The notes below the pieces were generated by a model, which searched no databases, was not told where the DNA came from, and worked only from the letters and a program-made list of their open reading frames with translations. Source: Callorhinchus milii (Eukaryota). Taken from it: 64,000 nucleotides of DNA. This document shows, in pieces, positions 1 to 14,661 of this stretch; positions within the stretch are counted from its first letter, which is position 1; each line of letters opens with the position of its first letter. The stretch covers positions 115,508,001 through 115,572,000 of the forward strand of contig NW_024704742.1 of NCBI RefSeq assembly GCF_018977255.1. The letters run 5' to 3'. Both the position numbers and the translations under genes were made by a program.

Positions 1-3000
1 AGCTTTAAGTTAAAATACAGCCTCTGCCCACTCACTCTGGCTTCCTGCATCCTGACTGAGCTGATTCTCTTTTCAGCTGTGCAGACCATCACTACTACCA
101 AACATAATGATGTATATCTCTGTGAGGTGTAGACTGCTTGATCTAATGTTACTATATACCAAATACAATACGCTATGCACCTAAATTACATCTCGATCAA
201 CAATATACAATGTGGAGCGTGATAAAACGAGCAGTTAAGCATTTTGCGGGTGTAATTCTGACTTGTTTAATATAGTGAAAAGCTGTTTGTGTATTTAAAT
301 CTGTGTTTGGTGGTGAATGGCTGCAATTACGGCAGCAATGTGCAGTATAAAAATGGGCTTGGGATACCGATTCACACTTCTGGAAAATCATTTGTGCTAC
401 ATTGAACATATGGCATTGAAACAACGTGGAGGATAGCTAACACTGTCACTAAACATACAACATAACTGAAGCAATAAATATTGCAATCATTGGATATACA
501 ATTTAAAAGGAGGAATGGGTACTTGTAATACAATGATGGCAAACCAATGTTGTCTGCATTGTCTTAAAATAAATTTGCCATCTAGTGATAACTGCAGATT
601 GACCTTGCTGCCCTGAACATCAATCAAAAGCAATCAGGGTCACAGTGTAGCAGTCCTGATGTCTACAGCCTACAGCAACCTTAGCTACCAGTCAGCTTCA
701 TGACTGGGTCTTCTGTATGAATAAGCACACTTTCCATCACATTTACCAGGTTATTAAAAGGTTATAAACCAGTTTTTTTCCTTGTTGGTGGCTATCCAGT
801 AAATCACTGCTCGAGGCTATTCACAAAGCTTTTTTAACCAATTCAAAAATAAATTTTGAATAAGAGACTCCACCAAATGGATGCCCAGTCATTTATACTT
901 TATGTCCTTGGCTTTGGATCATGATGGGAGTCTCATTTGTCATCCACCCCTTAAATTAAAAGGAATATGCCAGCATCAGTAAAATATGTGAAAGATTGGT
1001 CTAGAGGCAACTCACTGCTCCAGAGAAGTAGTCTCGTGCCTTTCAGATGTGTATAATTTACTGCAGATGGCACAGTATAGAGAGGCTTTGTACACAGACT
1101 GGCAGCAAAGAGTTACACCTGTGATTCCCCACAAGTTTCAGCTCAAAACTGCGTCATCACTGGGAAATTCTCATTGAGTAGGAAACGGAAGGAGAAAGTG
1201 TGGGAGAAGCAGAGAGAAAGAGAGAAGGGAGGGTCAGTAATCCAGCCTGTTCTTGAGCAAGTTCAACTGTATGTCTACCACTGGTGACAAGCATTTATAA
1301 TTTGAAATCCTATTATAAATGCACACCTAGGTGACAGCAGATTTATCAACAAGGAGAAAATAAGCCTTAAAGCATGAACAAAGAAGGTCTCTGACTTTGT
1401 CCTCTCAACTGTGAAAAGTATATATTGTGCGGGAAGGGGTAAACATTGGAAGGGGAAAAATAAAAAAAAGTTAATAATAAGATTCAGTATTTTCTTCTTA
1501 ATTCGTATAAACAAAACTGTGCAGCAATATCCTGGAGTTGGTTGCCCACAGAAAATCCAGTTCAAGAGGATTATGTGGTCTATAGTTCACTCACATTTTG
1601 GAGTACTGTAAGCCAGGATTTGCCAGCCTCTTTGAACTCCGAGGCTCATCAAACGCTCCTGTGCCAGGATTCCAGGGCAAGTAGGTAGATTCAGTAGTTA
1701 GAGAACCAGCATTTCTATCTTCTATAAAACTAGGCAGAGATTTATTGGGACTCTTTTTGTAAGCATTACATCAAATCAAAAGTGCCACACTTATATTTCA
1801 TCTTCAGAGTTTCGATCATGTCTGACTTATCAGTCAGATGAACTGTTAAGAATTGCAATACATTATATATATCAGCCATTTGAACAATGATTTGCATCTT
1901 TATTTTCCAGCGCCTTGGGATGTCCTCCCGACGTGAAAGGCGCTATACAAATGTAATTTTATTGTTGTTCTTCTTCATTTCGTTGGTTACTCTCACTCTG
2001 ATAGATCAGTTGTGGCCAATCTTTTTGGTCAGCCAACAAAATAATTTTTCTTGATTGCACTTATGACATAAATCAAGAAACATTCAATCAAGAAAAACCT
2101 GGAAACACACTACCGATCGAACATGGACTTACCTAGACTAGTGCAAATGTTTTTTTTGGGGGGGACTTCTTGACGACGCCACAGGCCGTAGTTTGGTCGG
2201 CACTGTGACAGATCAATTGTGATATGAGTGAAGTGAACTAGCATTGCACTGTGCCACTGGGTTAAGTAACAATTCACCATATTTACTGTGCAAGACAAAC
2301 AAACAATGGACAGTCATATTGTACCCCTCTGTATGCCTGCTTCTGTTGGTGGCTCGTTCAGGACGAGGTACATAGGGTCTCCTTGGAAATGAAATAGTCT
2401 GCAGGAAGCTCTGCAGTACTCCTGTCAAAGTTAATGACAGCCCAACCCGCCTGGCTCATTGGTAGGACTTGGGAGTAGCAGACCAGTCATGCGGGCAGGG
2501 ATTCTTCCTACTTGTCCTCCTGTTAACTCTGAGAGCCAAAGCTCTAACAGGTAGGATGGTCCTATCTTGACAAGCAGCAGGCAGCTTCCTAGAGTTTTTC
2601 GATGCCAAGTTATGTGGTTTTAGATGGTTAAATTCCAGTAATCCCCAGTGTCCACTATGGAGTCACCACAATTTGGTTCTAGCCAACCTGTGCCTAAAAC
2701 TCTCTGGAATGAGGTAAGCAGGATAAGTCCCTTCTGGGAAAAAGTGAGCACTTCATTCCAAACAAGGAATTTTTCCATGTGTTGGTGGCATGCTTGGAGG
2801 TCTCAAGTTTGGTTTGGATACTTTTAAGCATAGTGATGAGTTTCCGCATTTGGCAGACACCCAGCTGTTAAAAAAAACCTTAGACCAATGTTTTTACTGT
2901 CTATTATATCTTAGTGTTTCCTCCTCATGCATGGAGATTTATTATGCTTAATAATAAAGAAAAATGCTACTGCAGCCAAGTTAGACTAAGATTAGCTCCT

Positions 3001-4443
3001 CGAGTCATAGTCACTCTTTCTTTCCGCCTTCTTGCACGCTTGGACAAATCTTCAAGATGTGAAATCCTTCATGGTCTGACTGAAGGAATTAGAAGCTACG
3101 GATTTCCTGTGTGTAGCTGAGGTTGCTTTTGAAGGAGATTTTCTTTCTTTTTTAAATCTCAAAACATACACACAAAACACAGAGATGACAACCGTGTGAG
3201 AGAACAAGATTGATTTCCCTTCATGTTTGCAAGATTGAAGCAACACAACGGATATGGTTGTTATGAACAATGAAGAAATGAATTATTGCCTTGCAACTCA
3301 CTGTGAAGCAGATCACTGCTTATTTTGAAAAACATTTTTGAATTGTCTTTACTCTGATCTAATTATATAAGGCAGCAGGAGAGGCCTAGTCACAGTGTTA
3401 TACCCGAAACAGGTAGAAGGAGACAAGATATTCCTCTTGGTAATTTGGTAATCCTGACTTTTTTGTAAAACCAATCTAAACAGAATGTATTGAAGTGGAA
3501 TCAGTGGAGGTTTCCAGAATTCTTAGAACATAGAACGCATCAAAAAAAAGTCATAATGTGGCTGGGAAAGTGGTGGTTCACAATAGGTTTCATTCATAGC
3601 GACTCAAGATCAGTCAAAGGAGAATCCTACTGATAACTGGCAGCTCATCACAGCCAACCAAGGATCCCATTCCTTAGCAGTGAAGGTAAATTGTGGGGTT
3701 CCTGTCCTCCCGATGTGAAAGGCGTTGTACAAATGTAATTATGTTGTTGTTGTTCCTGAAAGTCATCTGTGATGTATTACTGGTATCTGGCAGGCCTCCC
3801 CATGAGTGAACGAGTCTCTGTAAATAAATCCGGTTGCAAACTGCTGCTTTTATAACCCCACATTCAGCAAAACACAATCAACTTTCCCACGTGCATCCTT
3901 GGTACCTAATCTTTCAAGCATCAGCTCTCATGTGCCAACCCTAATTCAATCACCAAAGATTTGAAATTGTGTTTCTTGCAAATAGTCACTAAACGTGATA
4001 GCACATCGGGTAGAGTATAGTCAAAATATCAGGGCAGAGAGAATATATGTGGAAGATTGATTGTGTTTTGCTGAATGCGAGGTTCATAAAAGCAGCGGTT
4101 GGGCAAGCTTAAAGGAAAAGCTGCCACCTTAACTGTTCCTTTCATATATACACACAGTTCAAAGTGAGCAACAGCGAGAGGAGAAGGAATCATTAAAAAC
4201 AGAATGTTTATGTTAGCTGCACTTATTGATTACAAATTGAAATTAACCAACATTACATGTTTCTTTGCAATTGCAAACCATGCTGAAGATAGCACACATG
4301 AGGTTCTAAGCATTGAACTCAATATCTCATCACCCAAGTGAACACACTCAATCAATTACCAGTTTTCAACCGGCAGATAAGCAGAAGTAACCAATTTATT
4401 TTAGAGGGGGGAGAGGGACTTAGAAGAGAGGAGTTGGAAAGAG

Positions 4444-5730
4444 AACAACAACAACCACTTGGATTTATATAGCATCCTCCACGCCGGACAGCGTCTCAGA
4501 GCGCTTCACAGTAACGGATCCCGGGACCGAGCCAGGGGGAGGGGGAGGAAGGTGACCAAAGGCGCGGTTGAAAGAAAAGGTCTTCAGCAGAGACCTTTAA
4601 ATAGCAAGGGAGGGAGCGAGGCGAAGGGAGTGAGGAAGGGAGTTCCAGAGCCTTGGGGCATAGTGGCTGAAGGCACGGCCGCCGAGGGTGGAGCGGAGGA
4701 TTCGGGGGACAAGGAGGAGGCCAGACTCGGAGGAATGAAGGCAACGGGTACTGTTTTGAGGAGAGTAGGTCAGAGAGGTAGGGGGGTGCAGAGGAGTGGA
4801 GGGATTTGAATACAAGGCTGAGGATCTTGAAGTCGATCCTCTCTGGGATAGGCAGCCAGTGCAGTCTGGCAAGGACTGGGGTGATCAGGGAGCGGAGTTT
4901 AGTGCGGGTGAGAATGCGGGCAGCAGAGTTTTGAATGATCTAGATTTTATGGATGGTAGTGGATGGGAGACCGGTGAGGAGGGCGTTAGAATAGTCCAGC
5001 CAACAGGTGACAAAGGCATGGACCAGGGTTTCAGCGGCGTTTGGGAGAGGTATTGGCGGAGACGGGCGTCGGAGGTGGAAGAAAGCGGTGCTGGTGAGGG
5101 ACCGGATGTGGTTGGGTAGGTGGAGGAGGTGAGAGCCGTGAGATTTTAGACGTTGACGAGAGCCAAACATTATGGCTTCCGTCTTGTCAACGTTCAGCTG
5201 AAGGAAATTTGCACTCACCAGCCCCTGAGATCTGACAGGCAGGCTGACAGAACATCAGGGGACTGGGGGTCGCAAAGAAAGGTGGGAAAATAGAGTTGGG
5301 TGTCATCCGCGTACATGTGGAAATGTACCCCATGTCTGCGGATGACATCCCCAAGAAGAAGCATGTAGATTAGAAAGAGGAGGGGCCAAGGACGGATCCT
5401 TGGGGTACCCCATAGGTGACCGGGTGAGAGCGGCAGGAGAAGCCATTTGTGCAGATGTACTGCTGGCGGTTTATGAGGTAGGACTCGAACCAGGTGAGTG
5501 CGGTCCCACTGAGGTGGATGACAGAGGAAAGGCAGTGGAGGAGGATGGCGTGATCGACTGTGTCGAACGCGGTGGAGAGGTCCAGGAGGACAAGGAGGCA
5601 GAGGGAGCCCTGGACACAGATAGAGAGGATGTCGTTTGTGGCTTTCACAAGCGCAGTCTCTGTACTGTGGGCAGGGCGGAAACCGGACTGGAGGGGCTCG
5701 AAGAGGGAGTGGGAAAGAGGGAAGGGAGGA
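4444..5730 (-). mobile_element. L2-clade LINE, 5'-truncated (RT C-terminus, 3'UTR, GTT tail)
   Basis: [26 protein letters not shown] and [10 protein letters not shown] in broken frames; (AAC)n tail at 4444. Confidence 0.93.
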
Positions 5731-7099
5731 CACTTCAGAGATTTAAGATTCCACCTACCTTTAGCCTAAAAGGCCATTTTATCTTAAAATTCAAGATCAT
5801 ACAGAAGTGTGGAAACTCTTAAATTCACGTTCAATTTGGAAGTCAATTCTGCAACAAAAGAATCTTCCACAATTATGACTGGATTTAAGAATTTTCCACA
5901 ATTCTGTACAATTTTGCTCTTACCCAATGGACACTAGGCTCTGACAGTTGAAGCATATTACAGAACACAGCCTGCTTACATGCATTTTAAACTGGAAGAT
6001 GAGTCGCTTTAAAAAAGAACAATGAAAGAGGTCTTGTTCACAATGACACCATACATCTACGATAGAAAAGAAAACTACATTTTCTCAGATATTGTGAATA
6101 ATGTGTAATAATATCGTGCCTAGTAATAGCACAATACATTTCCAGAGGCTACAGCACAATTTGATTTATCAGCTAAACATATAACCATGTAACATCTAAT
6201 CAAAGCTGTCTTGCAATTCCCTGGCAGCTGAACATCATCCGATTCATAGGAAGCCTCGGTACATTTGAACCTTTAGCGATTTTACTAACAGTACTAACAT
6301 GAGTGCCCCTCCTTCCCCCAACTATTTATTCAATACGGCACAAAATAAATATCAGCAACTCGAGGTTTTAAATATTTTATGCAGATTTTAAATGTAAATG
6401 ATGGCAATTGCAGATTTTATAGCGTGGAGAAGAAATAGCATTGAACTGTGTCGTCAATAAAGTGAAATCGCCCAGCAATACATGATAGGCTGGGTATGCT
6501 GAGCAGACTGATGGGGTGAGTGGTTGCTATGGTGAGTCAGTGATGAAATTTCCTCCACTGCTATGCTAAGTGCTAAATGCAGCTGCAATGGAGTCCCATT
6601 CAGATCAGTTGCATTGCACCAAAACCTGCTTTGATGTCGAAACTTCTGAAATGACACTGCTCGTTCTCTTTTTTTTAACAGGATTACAAGTTATTAGTGA
6701 ACATAAACTCTTCTGCTGTGAGGTATGAGCTCAATACACAAGATAATAATAATAATCCTTGCATTTGATATAGCGCCTTATCACATCGTTGAAACGTCTC
6801 AAAACGCTTCACAGAATATACTGTAAAGTGGAGTGACAGTGTATTTAAGAACGAAACGCAGCAGCCAATTGCCCACAGCATTGGCCCACAAATAGTTGTG
6901 GATTGAGTGACAAAATAATATATGAAAGTGACTTTAAATGTATTTAATAATACAGCGACTTTAAATGTCTCTAATAATTATGTATTCGAGTCAGGCCAAG
7001 AAGTTGGCATAGCTTCAGCTTGGCCTAATAAATGTTTGACCTGCTCTCATTATCAAAATTATAATGCAGGTTTGGGTAAGATAAATAGTGGGATACTAT

Positions 7100-7390
7100 T
7101 ACCACTGATCAGTAAATAAGAGGCATAAATTTAAGATTTTATCACAAATACAAGAACTTTTTTTCACACAAAGGATTATCAGGACTTGGAATGTTCTAAC
7201 AAAAATAGAGGTTGAAGCAGGATCTATAATAGCTTTCAAAAGACAAATGGACAAATATTTGAAAAGAAAAATATAAAAGAAATTTTTTGGGGGGAGGGGA
7301 GAAAGGCACGGGATTGAATTTAACTGGCTAGTTCTTTCAGAAAACCAGCACAGCCACAATGGGCCAAATGACCTCCTTCTATGTTGTAAA
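7100..7390 (+). mobile_element. CR1 LINE 3' end
   Basis: TTTTTCACACAAAGG...TGGAAT...TTTCAAAAGACAAATGGACAAATATTTG...GGGCCAAATGACCTCCTTCT. Similar pieces at about 46640-46900, 51240-51375, 55660-55860 and 61920-62025. Confidence 0.75.
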
Positions 7391-9071
7391 ATTTGCTGAT
7401 GCTAGACTTTGCAGCACAATGATTACATTTCCTGCAAGTTATATTTCTTTACTTCATTTTATATCATTTAAAGAGAATCATTGAGATTACGTTTTTCTGA
7501 TTTAGGATGAAATTCATTTCCCCTGTAAAGATTTTGCAAAACACTCACTGGAGTGGAGATTAAACATTGTAACATTTATGTTTATAAAGCATTATTTTTC
7601 TGTAGTTCCAGTGTGAATTAAGCTTCTGCATTAAGTTAACTCTGATCTGTACTACAATTTCAATCCCTTTTTGGTTGCCAAAAATTGTAGCTTGGAGATT
7701 CTTTTTCCTCCCATTTTTCAGACTAGATGTTAAATCTTGTAATCCCTCAAGAAAAAAATAATTGCTGTGCGCAATTGGCTGCTGCATTTCGCCCGCAAAT
7801 ATACAGTCTACTCACTTTGCAGTATATTCTTTGAAGCACTTTGATACATCTAGAAGATGTGAAAAAGCGCTATATTAAATGCAAGAATTATTATTATTAA
7901 ACTGAGATTCCATCTGCCTCCTCTTTACATAGATTCTACAGAAACCATGATACTTCTCAAAAAAGGGAGTTTCCCCAAATCTCCTTGCCAACAACAACAA
8001 CTTGCACTTATATAGCACCCTTCATGCAGGGTAGCGTCTCAGAGCACTTACTCTCATCCAGAATAATTGGTTCTGGACAATTGTCCAGAATAATTGGTTG
8101 TTGGCTGATTGTGAAGCCTTGCTGAGTGCAAAATAGTGGATGATTTTGTCTACAAAAAACAGTCACTGCACTTGACAGTAATTACTTGTGAAGCATTTTG
8201 AGATGTTGATAAGGTGCTATAAGAACGCAACCTCTTCAACACCTTGTTTTTAAAAGCAATGTTAGTACTAATTCGATGCAGTAATGTGTAGGAGACAGGG
8301 GGAAGAATGTTGGAGGAAGTATTGTATAGTACCAGATAGCTATGGCAAGTCTGGTTCAGACCAATGCATCTCTCTTTCAGCTAAACTCTGCCACTGCCGA
8401 TTAGTGACTTTTTCATTTAAAGACGTGTCTGCCTTGAGTTTGCCCTGGATACAAATGTCATCTTCGTCTCCACTGCCAGCAGACCTTTGCAGATAGAAGA
8501 GATAACAACACAGAAGCAGAAATGACACATTGGAAATGGCAGGTATAGCAGGACTGGATGCAAATGCTCCTGACAGGCAAAAGTAACCATCCTCTCATTT
8601 GCTTTCCGTGTGAGTTCTTGTTGGTCCACAAGACAAAGTCAAATAGGAGTTTTTGGTAGCAAATGACTTTCAAATAATTATTTCTTTCAAGTTCTGTGCG
8701 AACTTAAAAAGCTGATTGCTAAATAGTGTAATCTTTTACTCTATGACCAAGATTTTCCAAAGATTTCCATTTTTAGCGAAAGGTAAAGATTAGATCCCAA
8801 AGATTAACTTGTTGTCGGTTGGCCACAAGGCAGCACAGACAGGAGTGGGATGAGAATAAACACCAGGCAGTATGAGACAAAACAAGCTCAATCTATATTT
8901 TAGTACAGCTATTTTGTTAGTGACATAGCCATGTGACCAGTAACTGAACAAAGAAACCTCAATCATAGTTGCCACTGTAACAGTAATAAACAGTGCTGAA
9001 TGTCTCATGATCTATTTGGGTCAGACACCAGGAAGTATTTCTTTACACAGATTAGTAATTTTATCACTTAC

Positions 9072-9130
9072 TTGTAAAGGTAATACTCTGCCTGGTCCAC
9101 CTCTTCCCTTGAAGAAATGTTGTCAACAAA
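9072..9130 (-). CDS. MRPS27: MRPS27 coding exon 4; downstream exons apparently lie left of the window
   Basis: ctctccag|...|gtaagt; 59 nt; [19 protein letters not shown](K), compare recalled human [20 protein letters not shown]. No exon 5 (FRHSPNCWYLR-like) found in 1-9071. Confidence 0.95.
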
Positions 9131-10252
9131 CTGGAGAGGTAAAGCAAAGGGAGAATTCAGGTTTAACGTAGATAATAATAATAATCCTTGCATTTGATAT
9201 AGAGCCTTAGCATGTCACTGAGACATTTCAAACGCTTCAAAGGATTTTACTATAAAGTGTGATGACTTCATTCTGATATTCCGTTGCCAAGCACATCAAC
9301 TTGGAACCAGCTCAGCCTCAAGGAAGATAGCAACTAAATTGCATCCCTATGAGGGATCACGTTTATCTGCAATGGGAAGATCCAAAGGGAAATAAAAGGA
9401 CCATATTCTGCACGGAAGGATCATATATTACTTTTAAGTACAGGCCTGCAGCCTTGTGAAGGGTGACCAATCAACAATCCTAAATCAAACAACTCATTTG
9501 CCATTGTGTCACCAATCGCTGCAGATAACTGATTATTAGGCTGTCTTTTTAAGCAACAGCAGAAACATCACTCCCCTCACACAGGAGACTCAAATGTTAC
9601 TTCTCTGCAGTTTCTCCCACAAAGCCGCTGTGGTGTTCTGAAAGTGTGCACTGCTTTTTGATCAAACACCTTGACAAGAATTTTGTGCCGTCTAATGGAA
9701 TGAGTCTGTGGACAGTATTTCAAGACAGAGCTGGGCTTGGAAATTTTCCAGTTTCCCTCTCCACAAAAAATGCAATTCATGGGGTGGGAGTGTGGGGTGT
9801 GGGGAGAGACAGGGGGGAAGAGAAATTCTATCTGGGTCTACATTTATTCAATTTTCAGTGAGTACAGAATTTGCTAAATTCAGTCTTCATTTTGAAGCTG
9901 TTTTTCTGCATTTTCTGTTCATTTTTTNCAGTGGAGCTGCTCGTTTTTTCTTTGTTAAAATATTTTGTTCAATGTAAATGTCACACTTTAAGAGGTTGAA
10001 TTCTGCACTAAAAATAAACACTATTATAATATAGATATCACAAGACTGAAGCACTGTCTTTAAACTGGCTTACATTAGGGTTACAGGATCCCAAACAGCA
10101 TTCCATTAAAAAAAACAATTTAAATATGGAAAGGGTATACAGAGATAGAAATCACAGAGGTCATTTTCCAGAGTAGATTTTATGCAGCTCTCAAGATATA
10201 CAGATCCTAAGGTCATTAATGATATATGAATCATGTCTTATGTTTGTCTTAC

Positions 10253-10323
10253 CCGTGATATTGTTAAAGAGCTGACAGGAAGTTTCTTCTCATACGTTTG
10301 GTCCATTAGTGCAGCTAATTCCG
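10253..10323 (-). CDS. MRPS27: MRPS27 coding exon 3
   Basis: aattag|...|gtaag; 71 nt; (A)[23 protein letters not shown], compare recalled human [23 protein letters not shown]. Confidence 0.95.
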
Positions 10324-11884
10324 CTAATTTAAAAAAAAAGCAGTCGCGTTTAATTATATGCTCCCGTAAAATAATAAATCAGATGCAGACATTGGTTTAA
10401 TAAAACACAATAAAGCATGTCCTTTGATGACAAACAGTAGCTACCAACTTCATTAAAATCTCCACTGATATTCTACAAATTGTATATAGCAACAGCCAAA
10501 TGATACAGAATTTGGTGATGCTTATAACTAACTTACAATACCGGACAGGTACTATCACTGTCTTATTGGAATGATTTTATTATTTTATTGTGTAACCCCC
10601 CCCCCCAATGAGAGGCACTAACTCTTGCTGGGTTGGGGTGTGATGGTATGAGTGTTTGTCTCTGTCTGATATATCGCTCCAAGTGGCCATTTCTCACATG
10701 TAAATCGAAATACTGAATGTCCACAAGCTCCTGTGGCTTTGGGAGCCGTAGGGTAGAAGGAACCAAACCCAGCCAGATCCCTGTCCTTACCCAACACTTA
10801 GCCATACGTACTTCCCAGCAAGGGTCAACAGCAATGAGCATCAAGAACCCAGGCTAAGTGTTCATCTTCCTAGCCTGGGAGAAATGGGAGAAGGAAAGGG
10901 AGCTGAGATCAACCATCATACTCCTAGTTACCCTGCCTGAGATCAATTACTTCAGCACAGACCAGAATTTAACCCGGGGATGAGGGGGGGTGGGGGGGGA
11001 CTGAATTTGCAAATTCATCGATCTTCTATACTTTTTATCCTTTTGCTTCTAGCAAGTTCTGAAAGTTCATTAGTTCCCATTAAACAAGGCAATCAATATT
11101 GCTGTAACATAATTTAAAAATCATTCACAAGTGAACTTGTTTGTTCTATTTGTTTGCTGACACTCTAAGAGTGGAATTGCTCAATCAACACTTTCCATAT
11201 AGAAACAATAGGCCATTGGTCCATCAAATCTGCTTCACCATACTCACTTTATTAGTTCATGACAGCTATTTATCTTTTCAATTCCATTTCCTTGCCATTT
11301 CTTCAGTATTCTTAATTGCAAAGTACTGTGCATATTTATTGCCTACCTGCATATATACCTTTGCAGAATATCTGCACACTCTCACAACCCTTTGAGTTAA
11401 ACTGTTTCTTCTTTGATTTTACTTGTAACCATCAGAACTCTCATTTTAAGATCTGTCCCCCTTTTCCTTGATATGTCTAGCACAGAGAAAAGTTGTGATT
11501 TTTTTTGATAAACGCATTTTGATCAAATCACCCTTTAAGCTCTGCAGATCTTTGGGACGTACTCCCGATGTGAAATGTAATTTTGTTGTTGTTGCAGTTG
11601 TACAACAACAACTTATATTTATATAACTTCCTTCACGTGGGATAATGTCTTGCAGCGCTTCAAAAATATAACCATGTTTATTCAGCCTGTCATCATAGCT
11701 AAACTAAACTCCTTCATCCTTGGTATCATCCTGGTGAACAGTCACTGCTCATTAAAATTAAACCTCCTCCAAGGCAATTATATCTTTCTTAAAACATGAC
11801 TACCAACAACCCCATCCAATAATCCAAATTAACTCTGATCAAATCTCAGTATAACTGCGGTAGTATTTCCATGATTTTATATTA

Positions 11885-12122
11885 TAGAGGCCTTCAGTCT
11901 CTCTGCCCCACCTTCTGGAACTCCATTCCAGTTCCTTCGCCTTGCTCCCTCCCTTGCCTCCTTCAAGATGCATCTCAAGACTCTCCTCTTCAACCACTCC
12001 TTCGACCACACTCCTACCCTTAACCTCCATGCCCTTCACCCCTCCTGATCCCCTGCTCGGGTCCAGCGCTTTGGGACGTCCTCCCAACATGAAAGGCACT
12101 ATACAAATGTAATTTGTTGTTA
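11885..12122 (+). mobile_element. L2 3' end
   Basis: Ends GGGACGTCCTCCCAACATGAAAGGCACTATACAAATGTAATTTGTTGTT, the same tail as other copies. Confidence 0.85.
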
Positions 12123-12934
12123 TATACCTTTTGTAATAAAGCACATCATCCCTTTCTGATTGTTTGTATACTTGGTCTCCTTAAATTCCTTTGTTCATCT
12201 TTCACTACATAATATTGGAAAGTAAGCCAAACATACTTCACAGTTACAACTGAACGTAACAAGCTGTCCAATTCTGGACACTCAGAAATGTTACAACAAT
12301 AGAGTAAATCTAGACATAGGTAGAATATCTATTCTTATATCCTACAATCGTTTTTTAACAATTGGAAAAAATACACAAGATAAAAATAAACCTATCGGAG
12401 ATCTGGCACAAAACCATTTGGTAAATGGCTTCTCATGGCTTGTCATATTTTTAAATCATCCAAACTCTGGGTCTAAAATATAGTGAACGCAAGATAGAAC
12501 AGTCAATTTAAAACCTATAGATGTTTCAACATAGCATTCAATGATTTGGAATAAAAATTGAGACAAATGCAGCTGGACCTCAAAAGGCTGTGAGTGGACT
12601 TGATTTTCATCCCTTTAACAAGGGCTTGTGCAAGAGTTTATCTTTGTGATCTTTAATATCACAGCAACACCACTTCTGTTCTTCCCAGACCGAGAAAACA
12701 GTTGAACAGTTAATTCAATTACAATGAATTAATTTGAAATCAAATTTTCAGAGTACTGTGTATTCTGAAAGATGTGCAGTAGCACAAACAGAAAATCATA
12801 TGGACTACACAATTTATGTAACCATTCCACACTGCCACCTGCTGTGCCTCCAAAGCTTTTCAAACTACACAAAAATAGATAGAACCTAAGTCAGGCAAAA
12901 ATCACGGTTGTATTGTATGTACATCAACGTGTTT

Positions 12935-13032
12935 CAGTTTTAAATGCTATTAGGCTATCAGAACTATAAATTCCTGGGTTTCACAGTTTTAAATGCTATT
13001 AGGCTATCAGATCTATAAATTCCTGGGTTTCA
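12935..13032. repeat. 49-bp tandem duplication (2 copies, 1 mismatch)
   Basis: CAGTTTTAAATGCTATTAGGCTATCAGA(A/T)CTATAAATTCCTGGGTTTCA at 12935 and 12984. Confidence 0.95.
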
Positions 13033-13809
13033 GGAATACCTTTAAAATGCATATTGTGGAACTAGCATTTGTACAGTTGTTCGTTCTATTTCTATTATTT
13101 ATTTTCATGTTCAATCACCATTAAAGAATACGATGAAAAGCCACTGCGACCTTTCTGGCAATTACCTACAAGATCAAATGGAAAGTGATTAAGCATTTGA
13201 CAACTTCACTGCCATAGTCTCAGCACGACAATTCTGTTATTCATTTTCAACACAAAAAATGCTGGCACTCATGATAATTTGTTTCCTCTTATGGGCAAGG
13301 CAAGCAAATTCAGTTAAAAAAAATCTTAAAATTTTAAAGTACAAAACGTATGCTAAATCAGATTAATACTGCTCACTTTAAGAGAAATTTAAATAAAATT
13401 GCAATGTTAAAACAATCTCGGTACATGCACCAATACATTAAAATAGGGAGCCATTCACTGCTGGAACTCTTTCAGAATTGATTCTTCCCTTCATTTAATT
13501 TTCTCTCAAAGCCTCATTGGGGTTGAGCAGGTGAACAAATCCTTCAATACCACTGACCTAGTTAGGAGTTGGAAGAGAGAAACACAGTCTTAGAATTTCT
13601 CTCACTCAAAGTCAGCGCCTCAAACCACCCCCAGATGAGATTAGAAACTGGGAAAGCCATCCCAGAGTTAACTAGGTTGGAGAAGAAAGCCACCAACATG
13701 CAGAAACCTCCTGTGGAGGCAAGTGGAAAACATGGCATTTGGTACGTTTCTAATATGAGATGTAATCTACCCTTTTATGTTCATTAGTTATACATCACAT
13801 ACCATGGGT

Positions 13810-14661
13810 AACAACAATAACGTGCATTTATATAGCACCCTCCATGCAGGATAGCGTCTCAGAGCGCTTAATAGTGGCGGAGCCTGACTCCGAGCTAGGG
13901 AGGTGGTCGAAGAGGAAGATTTTCAGGTGGGTCTTGAAAAAGGGGAGAAAGTGGGGCAAGATAGAGGGATTGAGGGAGAGTGTTCCAGAATTTTGGGGCT
14001 TACTGGCTGAAAGCGCGACTCTGATGGAGGGGTGGAGGGTGCAAAGGACGAGCAGGAGGCCGGTGCTAGTCAAGCAGAGGCACCAGGTGGTGGATTCGGG
14101 AGTGAGGAGGGTGGAGAGGTAGGGAGGTGCCAGGGAGTGAATGGATTTGAACATGAGTGTGAGGATCTTCAAGTCGATCCGTTCGGTGATGGGGAGCGAG
14201 TGGAGTCTGACCAGAACTGGTGAGATGTGGGTACGGAGTTTGGTCCGAATCAGTATGTGGGCGGCAGAGTTCTGAATGAGCTGGATCTTGTGAATGGTGG
14301 AGCTGGAGAGACCGGGGAGTAGTGTGTTGGAGTAATCCAAGCGGGAGGTGACAAACGCATGCACGAGGGTTTCACCTTCATTGGGATAAGGTACAGTCAG
14401 AGGCGGGCAATATGGGGGAGGTGGAAGAAGGAGGTCCTGGTCAGTGACTGGGTGTGGGGGAGGAAGGACAGCTGGAGATCGAACTGGACGCTTAGGTTGC
14501 GGACTGGTTCGGTGAGTCTGAGTGAGAGCCCAGGGAGGTTGAGGAGTTTAGATCCGCAGGAGTGAAGGAGTTGACTGGAGCCAAGGAGTATGGCTTCCGT
14601 CTTGTCCATATTCAGCTGCGGGAAGCTTACACTCATCCGGGCCCTGATATCTGACAGACAA
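13810..14661 (-). mobile_element. L2 LINE fragment with 3' tail
   Basis: QLNMDKTEAILLGS and HAFVTSRLDYSN in the ORF track. Confidence 0.92.

Noticed and set aside
6590..6650. KFRHQSRFWC on the minus strand as MRPS27 exon 5
   Set aside because: No acceptor giving the required phase 2, and similarity ends after FRH.
9928..9928. Single N base
   Set aside because: Assembly ambiguity in an intron; no biological meaning.
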